Counted from the stretch's first letter, positions 1-11,117 are shown. The stretch: DNA of 64,000 bases from Candidatus Culexmicrobium cathedralense (GCA_025061115.1 JANZKC010000002.1:288001-352000); one strand, 5' to 3'. The notes: generated from the letters alone by a model not told the origin. Numbers and translations: made by a program.

Positions 1-749
1 TAGTCAGAGAAGACATCATCGAAATCGTCAAAACAATATCTAAAGTGAAAGGAATAAGCGATTTAGCAATGACCACCAACGGATCACTACTAAGAGAATA
101 CGCCAAAGAATTGGCTAAGGCAGGATTAAAGAGGGTAAATGTGAATTTACCTTCATTAAACGCTGAAACCTACATGAAAATAACTAGAAGCAAGTACACT
201 CCAAATGAAATTATCAAGGGAATAGAGGAAGCACTAGGCGCTGGACTAAATCCAGTTAAAATTAACGTAGTAATTTTAAAGGGATTAAATGAGAATGAAA
301 TTGAAAAAATGATACAATTTGCAGAGAAACATAAAGTCATACTGCAGCTGATAGAGCTTGAGCCAGTTGGAGTAGACCCAAAGATCTTTAATCAACTCCA
401 CCTAGATTTAGCTCCAATCGAAGAAAAGCTACGAAGCAGAGCTCTGCGAATTACAGTTAGAAGGGATATGCAAAATAGAAGAAAATATCTACTTCCCGGT
501 GGAGCGGAAATAGAGATTGTGAAGCCCATTGAAAATGGGAGCTTCTGCGCCGCTTGCACAAGAATAAGACTAACTGCAGATGGAAAGCTTAAACCATGCT
601 TGATGAGAAACGATAATTTAGTAGACATCCTATCTGAAATGAGGAAAGGGGCGCCTCCAGAGGAAATTGAAAAGCTATTCGTGATGGCTGCAAAGAGGAG
701 AGAGCCCTATTGGAAAACAAGAGATATGCAGTTAAAGTGTTCTATCTAG
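1..749 (+). CDS. moaA: GTP 3',8-cyclase MoaA (5' truncated by window edge)
   Basis: Frame open from position 3 (VREDIIEIV...); MTTNG, VKINVV and C-terminal FCxxCxRIRLTADGKLKPCL motifs of MoaA. Confidence 0.93.
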   Translation, partial: VREDIIEIVKTISKVKGISDLAMTTNGSLLREYAKELAKAGLKRVNVNLPSLNAETYMKITRSKYTPNEIIKGIEEALGAGLNPVKINVVILKGLNENEIEKMIQFAEKHKVILQLIELEPVGVDPKIFNQLHLDLAPIEEKLRSRALRITVRRDMQNRRKYLLPGGAEIEIVKPIENGSFCAACTRIRLTADGKLKPCLMRNDNLVDILSEMRKGAPPEEIEKLFVMAAKRREPYWKTRDMQLKCSI

Positions 750-1597
750 GATATAGATACTACGGATTTCAAAGGCAGCCCGACGTCCCAACAGTTGAGG
801 GAGAAATAATCAAGACCTTGAAAAGCCTAAAGATGATGAGCGAAGAGCCAAGATATACCGCAGCAAGTAGAACCGATAGAGGAGCACATGCAATCGGCCA
901 GACAATAGCATTTAATGCCACTAGAGAACTGGACTTAACTGAAATTAATGAGAAACTCCCATCAGACATAATTTTTTGGGCTTATTCATTAGCGCCAAAC
1001 GACTTCAATGCAAGGAAAAAAGCGCTTTATAGGCATTACAAGTACATAGCGGAAAACCCAGGAATAGATTTGGATAAGGTCAACGAAGCGCTAAAGCACA
1101 TAATCGGCGTACACAACTTCAAAAATCTATGCTACAAGGCTAGCAGGTCGACTATAAGGAGAATTTATCTAGCTAAAGCCAGCTTAATTGACAGCAATTA
1201 TATAGAATTCGACTTTTATGGAGCTAGCTTCGCTAGGGGACTAATAAGAAAAACCGTAACAGCATGCCTCAAAGTTGGGTTAGGCGAAATGAGCTTAAGC
1301 GAATTCAAGCAACTCCTAAATCCCACATACGCCTACGCTAGAGGAATTAGGCCCGCACCTCCAGAAGGGCTTTTCCTCGTCGACGCATTTTATCCAATAG
1401 CTTTCACCATAGACGCCATATCTGCAGAAAAAGTGGAGAAAGCCCTAACGAATGAAATTTCCCGTGAAAATTTAAGCCGCAAAGTTGCTGAAATAATGTT
1501 AGCAGAATTCAGGAAATTGCGCGAGGAAATTGAGGAGCAAGCCCAAGAAATTTCTAGGTGGACCTTCTCCTCTTCATTAAGGAGATTATCTCATTAG
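710..1597 (+). CDS. truA: tRNA pseudouridine(38-40) synthase TruA
   Basis: YxGxxYYGFQRQP, ASRTDRGAHA (catalytic Asp), GxHNF, APPEGLFL. Confidence 0.92.
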   Translation: MENKRYAVKVFYLGYRYYGFQRQPDVPTVEGEIIKTLKSLKMMSEEPRYTAASRTDRGAHAIGQTIAFNATRELDLTEINEKLPSDIIFWAYSLAPNDFNARKKALYRHYKYIAENPGIDLDKVNEALKHIIGVHNFKNLCYKASRSTIRRIYLAKASLIDSNYIEFDFYGASFARGLIRKTVTACLKVGLGEMSLSEFKQLLNPTYAYARGIRPAPPEGLFLVDAFYPIAFTIDAISAEKVEKALTNEISRENLSRKVAEIMLAEFRKLREEIEEQAQEISRWTFSSSLRRLSH

Positions 1598-2834
1598 CCT
1601 TATCAAAGCTTCCTGCCAGAAAAGCTATCATGCTTTCGTCTAGCTTTAGCCATCTTGCAATGCCCGCAGCCATTTCGGTGTTAGATTCAAAAATAATCCT
1701 TAAGAACGGCAAATACTCAAATGCAGCACCCTTAATTGAAATGTGGCACTTTTCAGCTATAGCAGCGCAGATGCCAGTCATGATTGCACGAACATCCTTA
1801 GTTTGACTCAAAATTTTAATGCGCTGAGGAAACTGATACTTAGTAAACCTGTATCTCCCCTTCTTAACCATCGAAACACCAGCAGTCATCATATCCAGAG
1901 CATAGCTCAAAAGCGTCCAAGCCTGAGTGCGCTTAGTCCTCCCCAAAAATACGTCAGCCCTTGATAAAGCTTCATAAGCTTCAGCAAGCTCTTCAGCTGA
2001 AGTATATTGAAGGGGGAGATTCTCATGAATCCACTGGAATATCATATTGTAATCCAGCAGCGAAGAAGCTAAAGCGGCTTTAGCTCCTCTGCAAGTTTTA
2101 GCAGAGAAAATGTTTTTTAACACATCAAATGCTCCGTACTGCCTATCCCTAAAGGCTAACCATTGAACATCACTAAGTGTGAGCCTCCTCCTACCTTGAG
2201 CCAATGCTTGAAGATCATTGACGGCAGACCTAACATCGCCATTACATCTTTGAGCTATAAATCTCAAAGCGCTATCATCAGCAATTATTCCCTCAGCTGT
2301 GCAAATTCGCTTTAAATAAGATGCAAGAGTTGTAACTCTAATCCTATCATACTTGATCATCTTGCAAAGATCTCTAAGCGGCCTAAACTTAGGATCCCAA
2401 GGATCATTAGCCGTCAACACGACTGGAAACCTGGACTGCTGAATAAGCTCAATAACAGCTGCAAGCCCACCTCTATCCTCTGTTCCGCTCATTCCATCAA
2501 CTTCATCCACAAGAATAATTTTCCTCCTACCACCAACGAGAGATAGATATTGAGAAGCCATTCCAAGAATCCTCTTAATTCTCAAGCGAGATCTAGCATT
2601 ACTGGCATTCATCTGAATTAGCTCAAGATTATACTCGATAGCTGCAACTTCAACAGTTAAAGTCTTACCAACGCCAGGGGGACCCCAAAGGAAAGCAGCG
2701 TTCTCTACATTAGCACCTTTAAGCCTCTTCTCCAGCCACGTTCTAAACTCCAAAATAGCAGCCTTATTTCCAATAATTTCGGAGAAGCGTCTAGGCTTAT
2801 ACTTCACTACCCATAAAGTAGCAACTGCACTCAT
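1554..2834 (-). CDS. rfcL: Replication factor C large subunit
   Basis: WVVKYKP, GPPGVGKT, MNASN, DEVDGM, GDVRSAVNDLQ; downstream of rfcS. Confidence 0.93.
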   Translation of the reverse strand: MSAVATLWVVKYKPRRFSEIIGNKAAILEFRTWLEKRLKGANVENAAFLWGPPGVGKTLTVEVAAIEYNLELIQMNASNARSRLRIKRILGMASQYLSLVGGRRKIILVDEVDGMSGTEDRGGLAAVIELIQQSRFPVVLTANDPWDPKFRPLRDLCKMIKYDRIRVTTLASYLKRICTAEGIIADDSALRFIAQRCNGDVRSAVNDLQALAQGRRRLTLSDVQWLAFRDRQYGAFDVLKNIFSAKTCRGAKAALASSLLDYNMIFQWIHENLPLQYTSAEELAEAYEALSRADVFLGRTKRTQAWTLLSYALDMMTAGVSMVKKGRYRFTKYQFPQRIKILSQTKDVRAIMTGICAAIAEKCHISIKGAAFEYLPFLRIIFESNTEMAAGIARWLKLDESMIAFLAGSFDKANEIISLMKRRRST

Positions 2835-3811
2835 TAACTACCCCTCAGCTTCTCGCCGAAAAGCGCAAAGTATGCTAGAAGTGCGCTAAGTTGCACCTCT
2901 TCATCTGCTCCCTCAACCATTCTAAAGTTTATCTCTCCAATTCTATCTGCAAGCTTAACCTTAGCTTCTTCCGGAATCTTTAAGGCAAATACTTCTCTAT
3001 GTATCTGTCTCACTAAATCAACCCCTGAAAGGCCATAAGCAATCATAAGCTCCCTCAGCTTCTCCCTAGCCTTGATGAAATTACCGCTTAAAGCAAGATG
3101 CAGCATCTCCCTAATTTCAACTGGACTTGCCCTCCCAACAACTCTAAACACTGCCTTTTCATCTACAACTCCGAGAGCAGCTGCAGCTTGGAGAGAATTT
3201 ATAGCGCGCCTCAAATCGCCTTCAGCCACGTACAATATTGCTTTAAGCCCATCCTCCCTCAAGTCAACGCCTTCCTTCTCAGCGATAAACCTAATTCTTG
3301 CGGCAATATCCTCATCACTTAAGGGCTGGAACCTAAATATAGCACACCTAGACTGAATAGGCTCAATTATCTTGCTCGAGTAATTCGCAATCAATATGAA
3401 GCGACAAGTCCTAGTGTAAAGCTCCATGGTTCTCCTCAGCGCTTGCTGAGCATCCGCAGTCATGTTGTCAGCCTCGTCGAGAATTATTATCTTGAAGGGC
3501 ACATCTCCAATGGCCATTGTTCGAGCATAGTCCTTAACTCGCTCCCTAACAATCTGAATACCCCTCTCGTCAGAAGCGTTCAGCTCCAAGACGTTTTGTC
3601 TCCAATTTTCACCATAAAGCTCATGGGATAATGCTAGAGCAACAGTCGTCTTACCAGTTCCAGGAGGTCCTGCGAAAAGCATATGCGGAATATTTCTAGT
3701 TTTAACGAACTGCTTGACCCTCTCAACGACATCCTTCTGATTAACGACCTCATCCAGATACTTCGGCCTGTACTTCTCAGTCCAAAGCAACATCGTTGCG
3801 TCAACTGACAC
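2834..3811 (-). CDS. rfcS: Replication factor C small subunit (no intein)
   Basis: [36 protein letters not shown]. Confidence 0.97.
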   Translation of the reverse strand: MSVDATMLLWTEKYRPKYLDEVVNQKDVVERVKQFVKTRNIPHMLFAGPPGTGKTTVALALSHELYGENWRQNVLELNASDERGIQIVRERVKDYARTMAIGDVPFKIIILDEADNMTADAQQALRRTMELYTRTCRFILIANYSSKIIEPIQSRCAIFRFQPLSDEDIAARIRFIAEKEGVDLREDGLKAILYVAEGDLRRAINSLQAAAALGVVDEKAVFRVVGRASPVEIREMLHLALSGNFIKAREKLRELMIAYGLSGVDLVRQIHREVFALKIPEEAKVKLADRIGEINFRMVEGADEEVQLSALLAYFALFGEKLRGS

Positions 3812-3927
3812 AGCTAAATCACCAACTTAACATTGACATTCAACATTCATATTAAATTAACCCGACAACCACAAAAAATGAGAGTGAGAAAACTTAATAC
3901 TCAGCAGAAAGTAAATGAAAATGCACG

Positions 3928-4491
3928 GTGTTTCAAATGTTCAATCAAGTAGTTAAAGCATCTAAAGTGAACTACAATACAAGCTTAATTAAAGTCACAG
4001 TTAGAAATGCTAGACCTCCAATTGAGATTGGAGGTGCAAGAATAGATTTAGGAGCTGAAGGAATGGAAATTCAGCTCCCAAGGTGGGTAGCCCTCAAGCT
4101 TGCCGAGCTAGGCATAGTTGAAATAAAAAGCACCGATGAAATAAGCTTGAGAGACCTTTTAAGGATACTTTGGCGCGAAACCCGTGAAATAAATTTAACT
4201 GAAATTGACCCGAACTTTTATCCTAAACTTCAAAACCGCTTGAAGAAGCTGAGGGAGGAAGCAAATAAAAGCCCTCTGCCCGAGCTTATTCAAGATTTAA
4301 GGAGATTCGAAGTTACCGCTCAAGACATAATTAACTGTAGAGTGCAAAAAATAGTTCAAGCAGCAATATGCGAGTCCCTGCCGATTAATGTCCTCGAAGC
4401 AATGACAATAGAAGAGAAAGCACTTCTACGTGAAATATCACGGTTGGTTGAAAGGTGGAAAAGGCAGATGCTAGCTTTAGAGGAGGAGTAG
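3928..4491 (+). CDS. GINS23 (Psf2/Psf3-like) subunit
   Basis: LPRWVA motif, beta domain then helical domain, directly upstream of mcm as in TACK archaea. Confidence 0.8.
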   Translation: MFQMFNQVVKASKVNYNTSLIKVTVRNARPPIEIGGARIDLGAEGMEIQLPRWVALKLAELGIVEIKSTDEISLRDLLRILWRETREINLTEIDPNFYPKLQNRLKKLREEANKSPLPELIQDLRRFEVTAQDIINCRVQKIVQAAICESLPINVLEAMTIEEKALLREISRLVERWKRQMLALEEE

Positions 4492-4493
4492 GC

Positions 4494-6563
4494 ATGGTAA
4501 TCGAGCTCATCGAGCAAGACCCTAGGGAGCGATTCGCAAACTTCTTCAAATCCTATCAAACCCCAGATGGCGAGTACAAATATAGGAAAAGGCTTAGCCA
4601 AATGGCAATAACTGGACAGAAATCGTTGACAGTAGATTTTGAAGATCTAATGCAATTCGACCACGAGCTAGCCGAGCTACTCATAGAAAAACCGACGAGA
4701 TACCTGGAGGCCGCATCATACGCAGTTGGAGACGTAATGAGAATAGTCAACTTGAACTACGCAATGAAAGTCAGAGAATTCAAAGCCAGATTCAGACGGC
4801 TACCAGGACTAACTCCACTACGAAAAATTCGAGCCGAACACCTAGGAAAGCTAATAATGATTGAAGGAATATTGACGAGAGCATCTTCAGTAAAACAGCA
4901 ATTGGTTAAAGGAGTATTTGAATGCCCAAAATGCGGCACGAAAATGCAAATTGAAAGCAAGGGAGAAGGGGAGAGAGTATCTCCACCAGATAGGTGCTCA
5001 AACCCAGACTGCAGAAGTAGGGGGCCATTCAAGCTCTTACTAGAAGAATCATCGTTCATAGACTGGCAAAGACTCACCATCCAAGAAAAGCCAGAGGAAC
5101 TCCCTCCGGGCCAGCTGCCAAGATCCATAGATGCAATAGCAAGAGGAGATATTGTAGACGTAGCTAGGCCAGGAGATAGAGTAATAGTTGTTGGAGTACT
5201 CAAACCTAGACCAGAATATTCGCCTAGAGGAAGATTAACAACCTACAGACCAATACTCGAAATAAACTCGATAGACGTATCCGAAAAAGGCCTTGAAGAA
5301 ATAGAAATAACCCCCGAAGACGAGGAAAAAATTAAAGAGCTGGCTAAAGACCCCTTCATCCACCAAAAGATCATCCAATCAATAGCCCCATCAATATACG
5401 GCTACGAGGAAATCAAAGAAGGAATAGCATACCTACTCTTCGGCGGAGTCCCCAAACAACTACCAGATGGAGTGAGAATTAGAGGAGACATAAATATACT
5501 GCTAGTAGGAGATCCAGGAACAGCCAAAAGCCAACTCCTCCAATACGTAGCCAGAATTGCGCCCAGAGGAATATACACTTCAGGTAAAGGCTCAACTGCA
5601 GCAGGACTAACAGCAGCAGTGGTTAGAGATAAAGTGACTGGCGACTGGTACCTAGAAGCAGGAGCACTAGTGCTAGCAGACGGAGGAGTAGCATGCATAG
5701 ACGAAATAGACAAAATGAGAAGCGAAGACAGAGTAGCAATGCACGAGGCCATGGAGCAGCAGACAGTAAGCATAGCTAAAGCTGGAATAGTTGCAACACT
5801 AAATGCAAGAACAGCAATTCTAGCAGCGGCAAATCCAGCTTTAGGTAGATTCGTACAGCAAAAATCAGTAGCCGAGAACGTAAATCTGCCAGTAACCATA
5901 CTCTCCAGATTCGACCTAATATTCCCCATAATAGACAGGCCAAGCCCAACAATAGATGAAAAAATGTCAGATCACATACTAAAGCTACACCAGACAAGAG
6001 GCTACGTCGGTGCACCACCAATTCCACCAGACCTTCTCAAGAAGTACATAAGCTATGCAAGAAAATACGTAGTTCCAAGATTAACTCCAGAAGCTGCTGA
6101 AAGAATAAAGAAATTCTACATAGAAATGAGAGGCAAAGGATCTGTGGGAGAAAAGGAAAGCATACCAATAACTCCAAGGCAGCTTGAAGCATTGGTAAGA
6201 ATGGCTGAAGCAAGAGCTAAAATGGCATTGAGAGACGAAGTCACAGTTGAAGATGCTGAAGCAGCAATAAGCCTAATGACCTACGTACTAGAAAGAACAG
6301 CATACGATAGAGAAGCAGGAATAATAGACATAGACATGATAATGACAGGAAAGCCCAGATCCCAGCGCGAAAAGCTGATGAAGCTAATGGACATCATCAG
6401 AGAGAAAGTAAGGGAAATAGGAGGAGCAGTAAGCCGAGAGGAAATAGTAAACGCAGCAGTTGAGGAAGGATTGGATAGAAAATTCGTGGAAACGTCAATA
6501 GATAGAATGCTTAGAGAAGGACTACTATATGAGCAGAGGCCAGGATACATAATGCCCACATAG
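4494..6563 (+). CDS. mcm: MCM replicative helicase (no intein)
   Basis: Zn finger CPKC...CSNPDC, GDPGTAKSQ, IDEIDKM, SRFD, C-terminal wH; ATG 4494 follows a GAGGAG SD. Confidence 0.97.
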   Translation: MVIELIEQDPRERFANFFKSYQTPDGEYKYRKRLSQMAITGQKSLTVDFEDLMQFDHELAELLIEKPTRYLEAASYAVGDVMRIVNLNYAMKVREFKARFRRLPGLTPLRKIRAEHLGKLIMIEGILTRASSVKQQLVKGVFECPKCGTKMQIESKGEGERVSPPDRCSNPDCRSRGPFKLLLEESSFIDWQRLTIQEKPEELPPGQLPRSIDAIARGDIVDVARPGDRVIVVGVLKPRPEYSPRGRLTTYRPILEINSIDVSEKGLEEIEITPEDEEKIKELAKDPFIHQKIIQSIAPSIYGYEEIKEGIAYLLFGGVPKQLPDGVRIRGDINILLVGDPGTAKSQLLQYVARIAPRGIYTSGKGSTAAGLTAAVVRDKVTGDWYLEAGALVLADGGVACIDEIDKMRSEDRVAMHEAMEQQTVSIAKAGIVATLNARTAILAAANPALGRFVQQKSVAENVNLPVTILSRFDLIFPIIDRPSPTIDEKMSDHILKLHQTRGYVGAPPIPPDLLKKYISYARKYVVPRLTPEAAERIKKFYIEMRGKGSVGEKESIPITPRQLEALVRMAEARAKMALRDEVTVEDAEAAISLMTYVLERTAYDREAGIIDIDMIMTGKPRSQREKLMKLMDIIREKVREIGGAVSREEIVNAAVEEGLDRKFVETSIDRMLREGLLYEQRPGYIMPT

Positions 6564-6577
6564 CGGAGGGTCAATAA

Positions 6578-8809
6578 ATACTAGTTGAAGAACTCCCAAT
6601 ACCCAAGGTGATCAAAACAATACTGAAAAACCAAGGAATAGAAAGGCTATATCCACCACAAGAAGAAGCAGTTAAGGCAGGAGCCTTAAATGGAGCCAAC
6701 TTGGTACTAGCCATACCAACAGCAGCAGGCAAAACTCTCGTCGCAGAGCTAGCAATGACAAAGCAAATACTTGAAAAAGGAGGAAAAGCACTATACCTCG
6801 TCCCACTAAGAGCATTAGCTGCAGAGAAATATGAAGAATTCAAAAAGTACGAGGAAGCAGGAATAAAAGTTGCTATCAGCACTGGGGACTACGACAGTAG
6901 CGACCCTTGGCTGGCAAACTACGACATTATAGTAGTCACAAATGAAAAGGCAGACAGCCTACTTAGACACAGGGCACCATGGATAGAAGATATTACGATA
7001 GTAGTTGCAGATGAAATACACTTAATAAACGACCCATCAAGAGGACCAACCCTAGAAATGGTTCTTGCAAGACTAAGTCAGGTAAATCCTGAAGCTCAAA
7101 TAATAGCTTTAAGCGCAACAATAAGAAATGCAGAGGAAATCGCGGAGTGGCTCAATGCAAAGCTCATAAAAAGCGAGTGGAGGCCAATACCCCTCAAAAA
7201 GGGAGTATACTGTAGAGGAACAATAATATTCGACGACGGGACAATTGCAGAGCTGAAAAAGGCTACAAAGGAGCCTTGCGAGATCATCACCATGGACACC
7301 TTGGAAAATGGAGGTCAAGTGCTAGTATTCACAAACACGAGGCAGAACGCCATGAAAATGGCGCTTAAACTCGCGCCAGTAGTTTCAAGGTACCTGAATA
7401 GGCGTGAAAAAGTAGAGCTCAGGGAAATTGCTGAAGAAGTGCTGAGGAGAGGGGAAGTCACGAGAATAAGCGAGCAGCTAGCAACCTGCATAATGAATGG
7501 AACGGCATTCCACCATGCAGGCCTAATTTATGACCATAGAAAAATAGTTGAAGATGCATTCAGGAACTTCAAAATCAAAGTAGTATGCGCCACACCCACA
7601 CTAGCAGCCGGAGTAAATCTACCAGCTAGAAGAGTTGTCATAAGGCACTATTATAGGTACGACTTCAGCTTCGGCCACCGCCCCATACCAGTACTTGAAT
7701 TTCATCAAATGGCAGGCAGAGCAGGCCGGCCAAAATACGACAAATATGGTGAAGCAATTTTAATTGCAAAAACGCCAGATGAAAGAAACTTTCTCCTCGA
7801 AAACTACATTAAAGCATCGCCTGAAATGATATGGTCGAAGCTAGCTGCAGAGCCAGCTCTGAGGTCACACATACTTGCAATCATAGCTACTGAATTCGCC
7901 AAGACTGATAAAGGCTTACTTGAATTCCTAAGCCATACCTTCTACTACTACCAGTATGGAGGAAGCAGCTACATAAACACGGTCATAAGGAGAGTGCTCA
8001 GCTTCCTAGAGTCAAATGAAATGATCACTGAAGATGGCGAATACTTGAATGCAACCAAACTAGGCAAAAGGGTGTCCGAACTTTACATAGATCCGCTAAC
8101 CGCAGTTTACATAAGGAAGGGACTTGAAAGCAAATCTACTTCAACCCCACTAGGATACTTACACCTAATAGCATACACGCCGGACATGCCGAAGCTCTTT
8201 CTACGAAGAGGAGATAGGAGGAAGCTCACTGAAATAGTGATTGCTAGAAGCAACGAATTCCTAATCAAACCACCCGACATGTACGAAGAACCAGACGAGT
8301 ATGAGTACTTCCTAGCTGCCCTTAAAGGAGCTCTAGCACTCATCGATTGGATAAATGAAGAGCGGGAAGACGCAATTATAGAGAAATACGATGTTGGGTC
8401 TGGAGACATATACGCATTAGCTTCCACAGCCAGATGGCTACTGTACTCCGCAGCAGAACTCAGCAGCCTACTTAAACTACAAAGCCACGTGAAAAAACTG
8501 AAAAAGCTCATGCTAAGAGTGGAATATGGATGCAAAGAAGAGTTGCTGCAAATAGTGCAACTCAAAGGGGTAGGCAGAGTTAGAGCTAGAATGCTCTACA
8601 ACGCAGGTTATAGAACAATCGAAGACCTAAAGAGAGCAACACCAGAAGAGCTCCTAAGAGTGCCATCTATAGGAGTTCAAATCGTGAAGAGAATAAAGGA
8701 GCAGCTTGGAGAGCCAATAAGCGAATCAGAGGAGAAAAAACTCAGAAGCAGGGAGAAAGAGCAAAAGCGTATAATAGACTATCTCAACTACAATTTGAAT
8801 AGAAGGTGA
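6578..8809 (+). CDS. hel308: Hel308/Hjm Ski2-like DNA helicase (probable ATA start at 6578; first canonical start GTG 6608)
   Basis: LYPPQ, PTAAGKT, DEIH, LSAT, HHAGL, QMAGRAGRP, GVGRVRAR. Confidence 0.93.
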   Translation: MLVEELPIPKVIKTILKNQGIERLYPPQEEAVKAGALNGANLVLAIPTAAGKTLVAELAMTKQILEKGGKALYLVPLRALAAEKYEEFKKYEEAGIKVAISTGDYDSSDPWLANYDIIVVTNEKADSLLRHRAPWIEDITIVVADEIHLINDPSRGPTLEMVLARLSQVNPEAQIIALSATIRNAEEIAEWLNAKLIKSEWRPIPLKKGVYCRGTIIFDDGTIAELKKATKEPCEIITMDTLENGGQVLVFTNTRQNAMKMALKLAPVVSRYLNRREKVELREIAEEVLRRGEVTRISEQLATCIMNGTAFHHAGLIYDHRKIVEDAFRNFKIKVVCATPTLAAGVNLPARRVVIRHYYRYDFSFGHRPIPVLEFHQMAGRAGRPKYDKYGEAILIAKTPDERNFLLENYIKASPEMIWSKLAAEPALRSHILAIIATEFAKTDKGLLEFLSHTFYYYQYGGSSYINTVIRRVLSFLESNEMITEDGEYLNATKLGKRVSELYIDPLTAVYIRKGLESKSTSTPLGYLHLIAYTPDMPKLFLRRGDRRKLTEIVIARSNEFLIKPPDMYEEPDEYEYFLAALKGALALIDWINEEREDAIIEKYDVGSGDIYALASTARWLLYSAAELSSLLKLQSHVKKLKKLMLRVEYGCKEELLQIVQLKGVGRVRARMLYNAGYRTIEDLKRATPEELLRVPSIGVQIVKRIKEQLGEPISESEEKKLRSREKEQKRIIDYLNYNLNRR

Positions 8810-8815
8810 TAATGT

Positions 8816-9577
8816 TTGAGCATGAGAAAAGACATGGAAATGCAATTCGTGGAGTACGAGAAAAAGGAATTCAAAAATCCAATAATAATCGCAGGACTGC
8901 CAGACGTAGGACTCGTAGGAGCAATAGCGACAGTACACCTAGTTAGAGAGCTAAAGCTTAAAGAGCACGGCTACGCATACTACGACCTAATACCACCAGT
9001 AATGCTACTACACAACGGCGAAATAAAAGCTCCAATACGCATATATGCCAACGAAAGCATCATAGCATTAATCTCAGAAATAGCATTACCAACCCAAACA
9101 ATAATAGCACTATCAAAGAAAATCGTCGAGTGGGCCAAAGAGAAAAACGGGAAATACGTAATCATGCTAAGCGGACTAGGAGTACCAAATAGAGTTGACA
9201 TCGAAGAGCCGAAAGTATATGGAGTAGCAACAACAAACGAAGTTAAGAAGCTACTCGAAGAACACGGCATAGAATCCCTACAGGAGGGCTTCATAGCAGG
9301 AGCAAACGCCCTAATCCTAAGAGAGTGCATTAAGCTTAAAATCCCAGGAATACTGCTACTCGCAGAATCATTCATGGAATTCCCAGACCCCGCAGCAGCA
9401 GCTTCAACACTAAAAGCATTTAGCAAAATTTCAGGCATAGATGTAAACGTCGAAAAACTCATGGAGAAAGCCGAGGAAATAAGATTGAAGGCAAGAGAGC
9501 TAATGAGGAGAACTCAAAGCCAACTAAAAGCCATGAAAAAGCTCCAGGAAAGCGAGGTCCCCCTCATGTATACGTAG
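8816..9577 (+). CDS. PAC2-family proteasome assembly chaperone
   Basis: GLPDVGLVG, PDPAAA, C-terminal HbYX-like MYT. Confidence 0.85.
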   Translation: MSMRKDMEMQFVEYEKKEFKNPIIIAGLPDVGLVGAIATVHLVRELKLKEHGYAYYDLIPPVMLLHNGEIKAPIRIYANESIIALISEIALPTQTIIALSKKIVEWAKEKNGKYVIMLSGLGVPNRVDIEEPKVYGVATTNEVKKLLEEHGIESLQEGFIAGANALILRECIKLKIPGILLLAESFMEFPDPAAAASTLKAFSKISGIDVNVEKLMEKAEEIRLKARELMRRTQSQLKAMKKLQESEVPLMYT

Positions 9578-9589
9578 GAGGATGAAAAA

Positions 9590-10015
9590 ATGTGGAAGAT
9601 ATTTGACGAATTCGAAAAAATGCGAAGGAGACTCGAGAGATTATTCGAGGAATTCTACGAAGAATTTGAAAAACCAATGTGGGATTACCAATCAAAGTGC
9701 TTAGAACCACTAGTTAGCGTAAAAGAAATTGAAGACAAAGTTGTCGTAACGATCGACCTGCCATGCGTAGATAAAAACAACATAAAAATATACGCAACCG
9801 AAGACACCCTAACTGTAGAAGCAACCCTGAAAGAGGCATATAGGTTCGAAAGGCTGGGAGTGGTTAGAAAAGAGACATCATTCGAATACTTTAAGAAAGT
9901 AATAAGATTACCAGCTCCAGTCATACCTGAAAAGGCTAAAGCAAGATTTAAGAGAGGAATACTTGAAGTAGTCCTACCAAAGAAAATAACTGGCGTAGAA
10001 ATCAAGGTCGAGTAG
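9590..10015 (+). CDS. Small heat shock protein (Hsp20)
   Basis: EPLV..., DLPCVDK, A+FKRGILEV, C-terminal IKVE motif. Confidence 0.92.
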   Translation: MWKIFDEFEKMRRRLERLFEEFYEEFEKPMWDYQSKCLEPLVSVKEIEDKVVVTIDLPCVDKNNIKIYATEDTLTVEATLKEAYRFERLGVVRKETSFEYFKKVIRLPAPVIPEKAKARFKRGILEVVLPKKITGVEIKVE

Positions 10016-10451
10016 AATTCGCCCTACAACCTACAATACTAATAACAACAGCTCCATTGCACCTCTCAGCAACAATCCAAATTAATGGCTCAGAAACATA
10101 AACCAAAGAGTGGCGAAAGGACACATCCATAGTCTTAGGAACCATGACATAGAAGGTTTTTCCGCCCAACTCAAGTCTTAAGACGCCATTATCAAGTAGT
10201 TCAACCGCACCGCCAACAGCAAGTCTCGGAAGTCTCAAAGCAATTGCAATGTAAGACAACTCGCCAATAGTGCGAGCCGAACTCTCAGCAGCTAATATAG
10301 ATTCCAATATCAAGTTAATGCAAGCTTCAGCCGAGAAGCGGAATGGCAAGTGGGAATTCACGAAACTCTCAATACCAACTAAATAAGCCGACAAAGAAGC
10401 AATTAGGGCGCAAATCAAAATTACATGCGAAACTACAGCCCTCAAAATCAA
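10002..10451 (-). CDS. Putative minor pilin / membrane-anchored protein of the pilus operon
   Basis: N-terminal hydrophobic helix then beta-rich domain; last gene of an overlapping operon. Confidence 0.5.
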   Translation of the reverse strand: MILRAVVSHVILICALIASLSAYLVGIESFVNSHLPFRFSAEACINLILESILAAESSARTIGELSYIAIALRLPRLAVGGAVELLDNGVLRLELGGKTFYVMVPKTMDVSFRHSLVYVSEPLIWIVAERCNGAVVISIVGCRANSTRP

Positions 10452-11116
10452 CCCTCCACAACAACTTTAACAACCTTAACCGAAACTACGCTAGGGTTAA
10501 GCGCAGAAGCATTAAAGAGGAAAAGCTTCGAAAAAGCACCGCAAACCACTCTCAGCTCAAAATCAGTGGTTTGCAAAGGAGCTAAACATCTCTCAAATAC
10601 GCTAACATCATAATTTAACTTCAAAGATGAACCTGAGAGCTTGATGCTTTCAGGTTCAAAAACAACGCATGTCACTGTTATTAAACTGCCATTGATTTGA
10701 ACCTTAGGATAGAAGTACAACTTGATTTTACTTCCCAACCCCAACATCAAGCAAGAAAGCCCACTATGATTCCATTCCTCCAAAATCACTGGCTTTGACA
10801 TGGGATAAATTTGAAAATCACATTCATAAGTTAAAGCCATTAATTTAGATGCAAATAGCCGCTGACCACCAACTGCAACCGACAAAATGCCCTCATCCTC
10901 AAATTTTATGCACCCAAACTTGAATTCTATTGGAATAACCTTTAAGCCTCCACTCCGAATGTTCATTGCAATTGATCTAAAAAGTGTCTTTACAGCATTA
11001 ACCTCAGATTCCAAATGTGCATACCGATAAACCGCATAGTACGCTGAGAGCCCCACAGCTCCAATAACGAGGACTACACTTGTAACAACAACCAATGCAA
11101 TCACGGAAGAACTCAA
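10448..11116 (-). CDS. Putative pilin-like protein
   Basis: SSVIALVVVTSVVLVIG hydrophobic N-terminus resembling a mature archaeal pilin; operon context. Confidence 0.6.
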   Translation of the reverse strand: MSSSVIALVVVTSVVLVIGAVGLSAYYAVYRYAHLESEVNAVKTLFRSIAMNIRSGGLKVIPIEFKFGCIKFEDEGILSVAVGGQRLFASKLMALTYECDFQIYPMSKPVILEEWNHSGLSCLMLGLGSKIKLYFYPKVQINGSLITVTCVVFEPESIKLSGSSLKLNYDVSVFERCLAPLQTTDFELRVVCGAFSKLFLFNASALNPSVVSVKVVKVVVEG

Positions 11117-11117
11117 A

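Noticed and set aside
1554-8809. Inteins in RFC, MCM or Hel308; replication origin in the rfc/gins gap
   Set aside because: Protein lengths are standard with contiguous motifs; the 116-nt gap has no ORB-like repeats and no cdc6.
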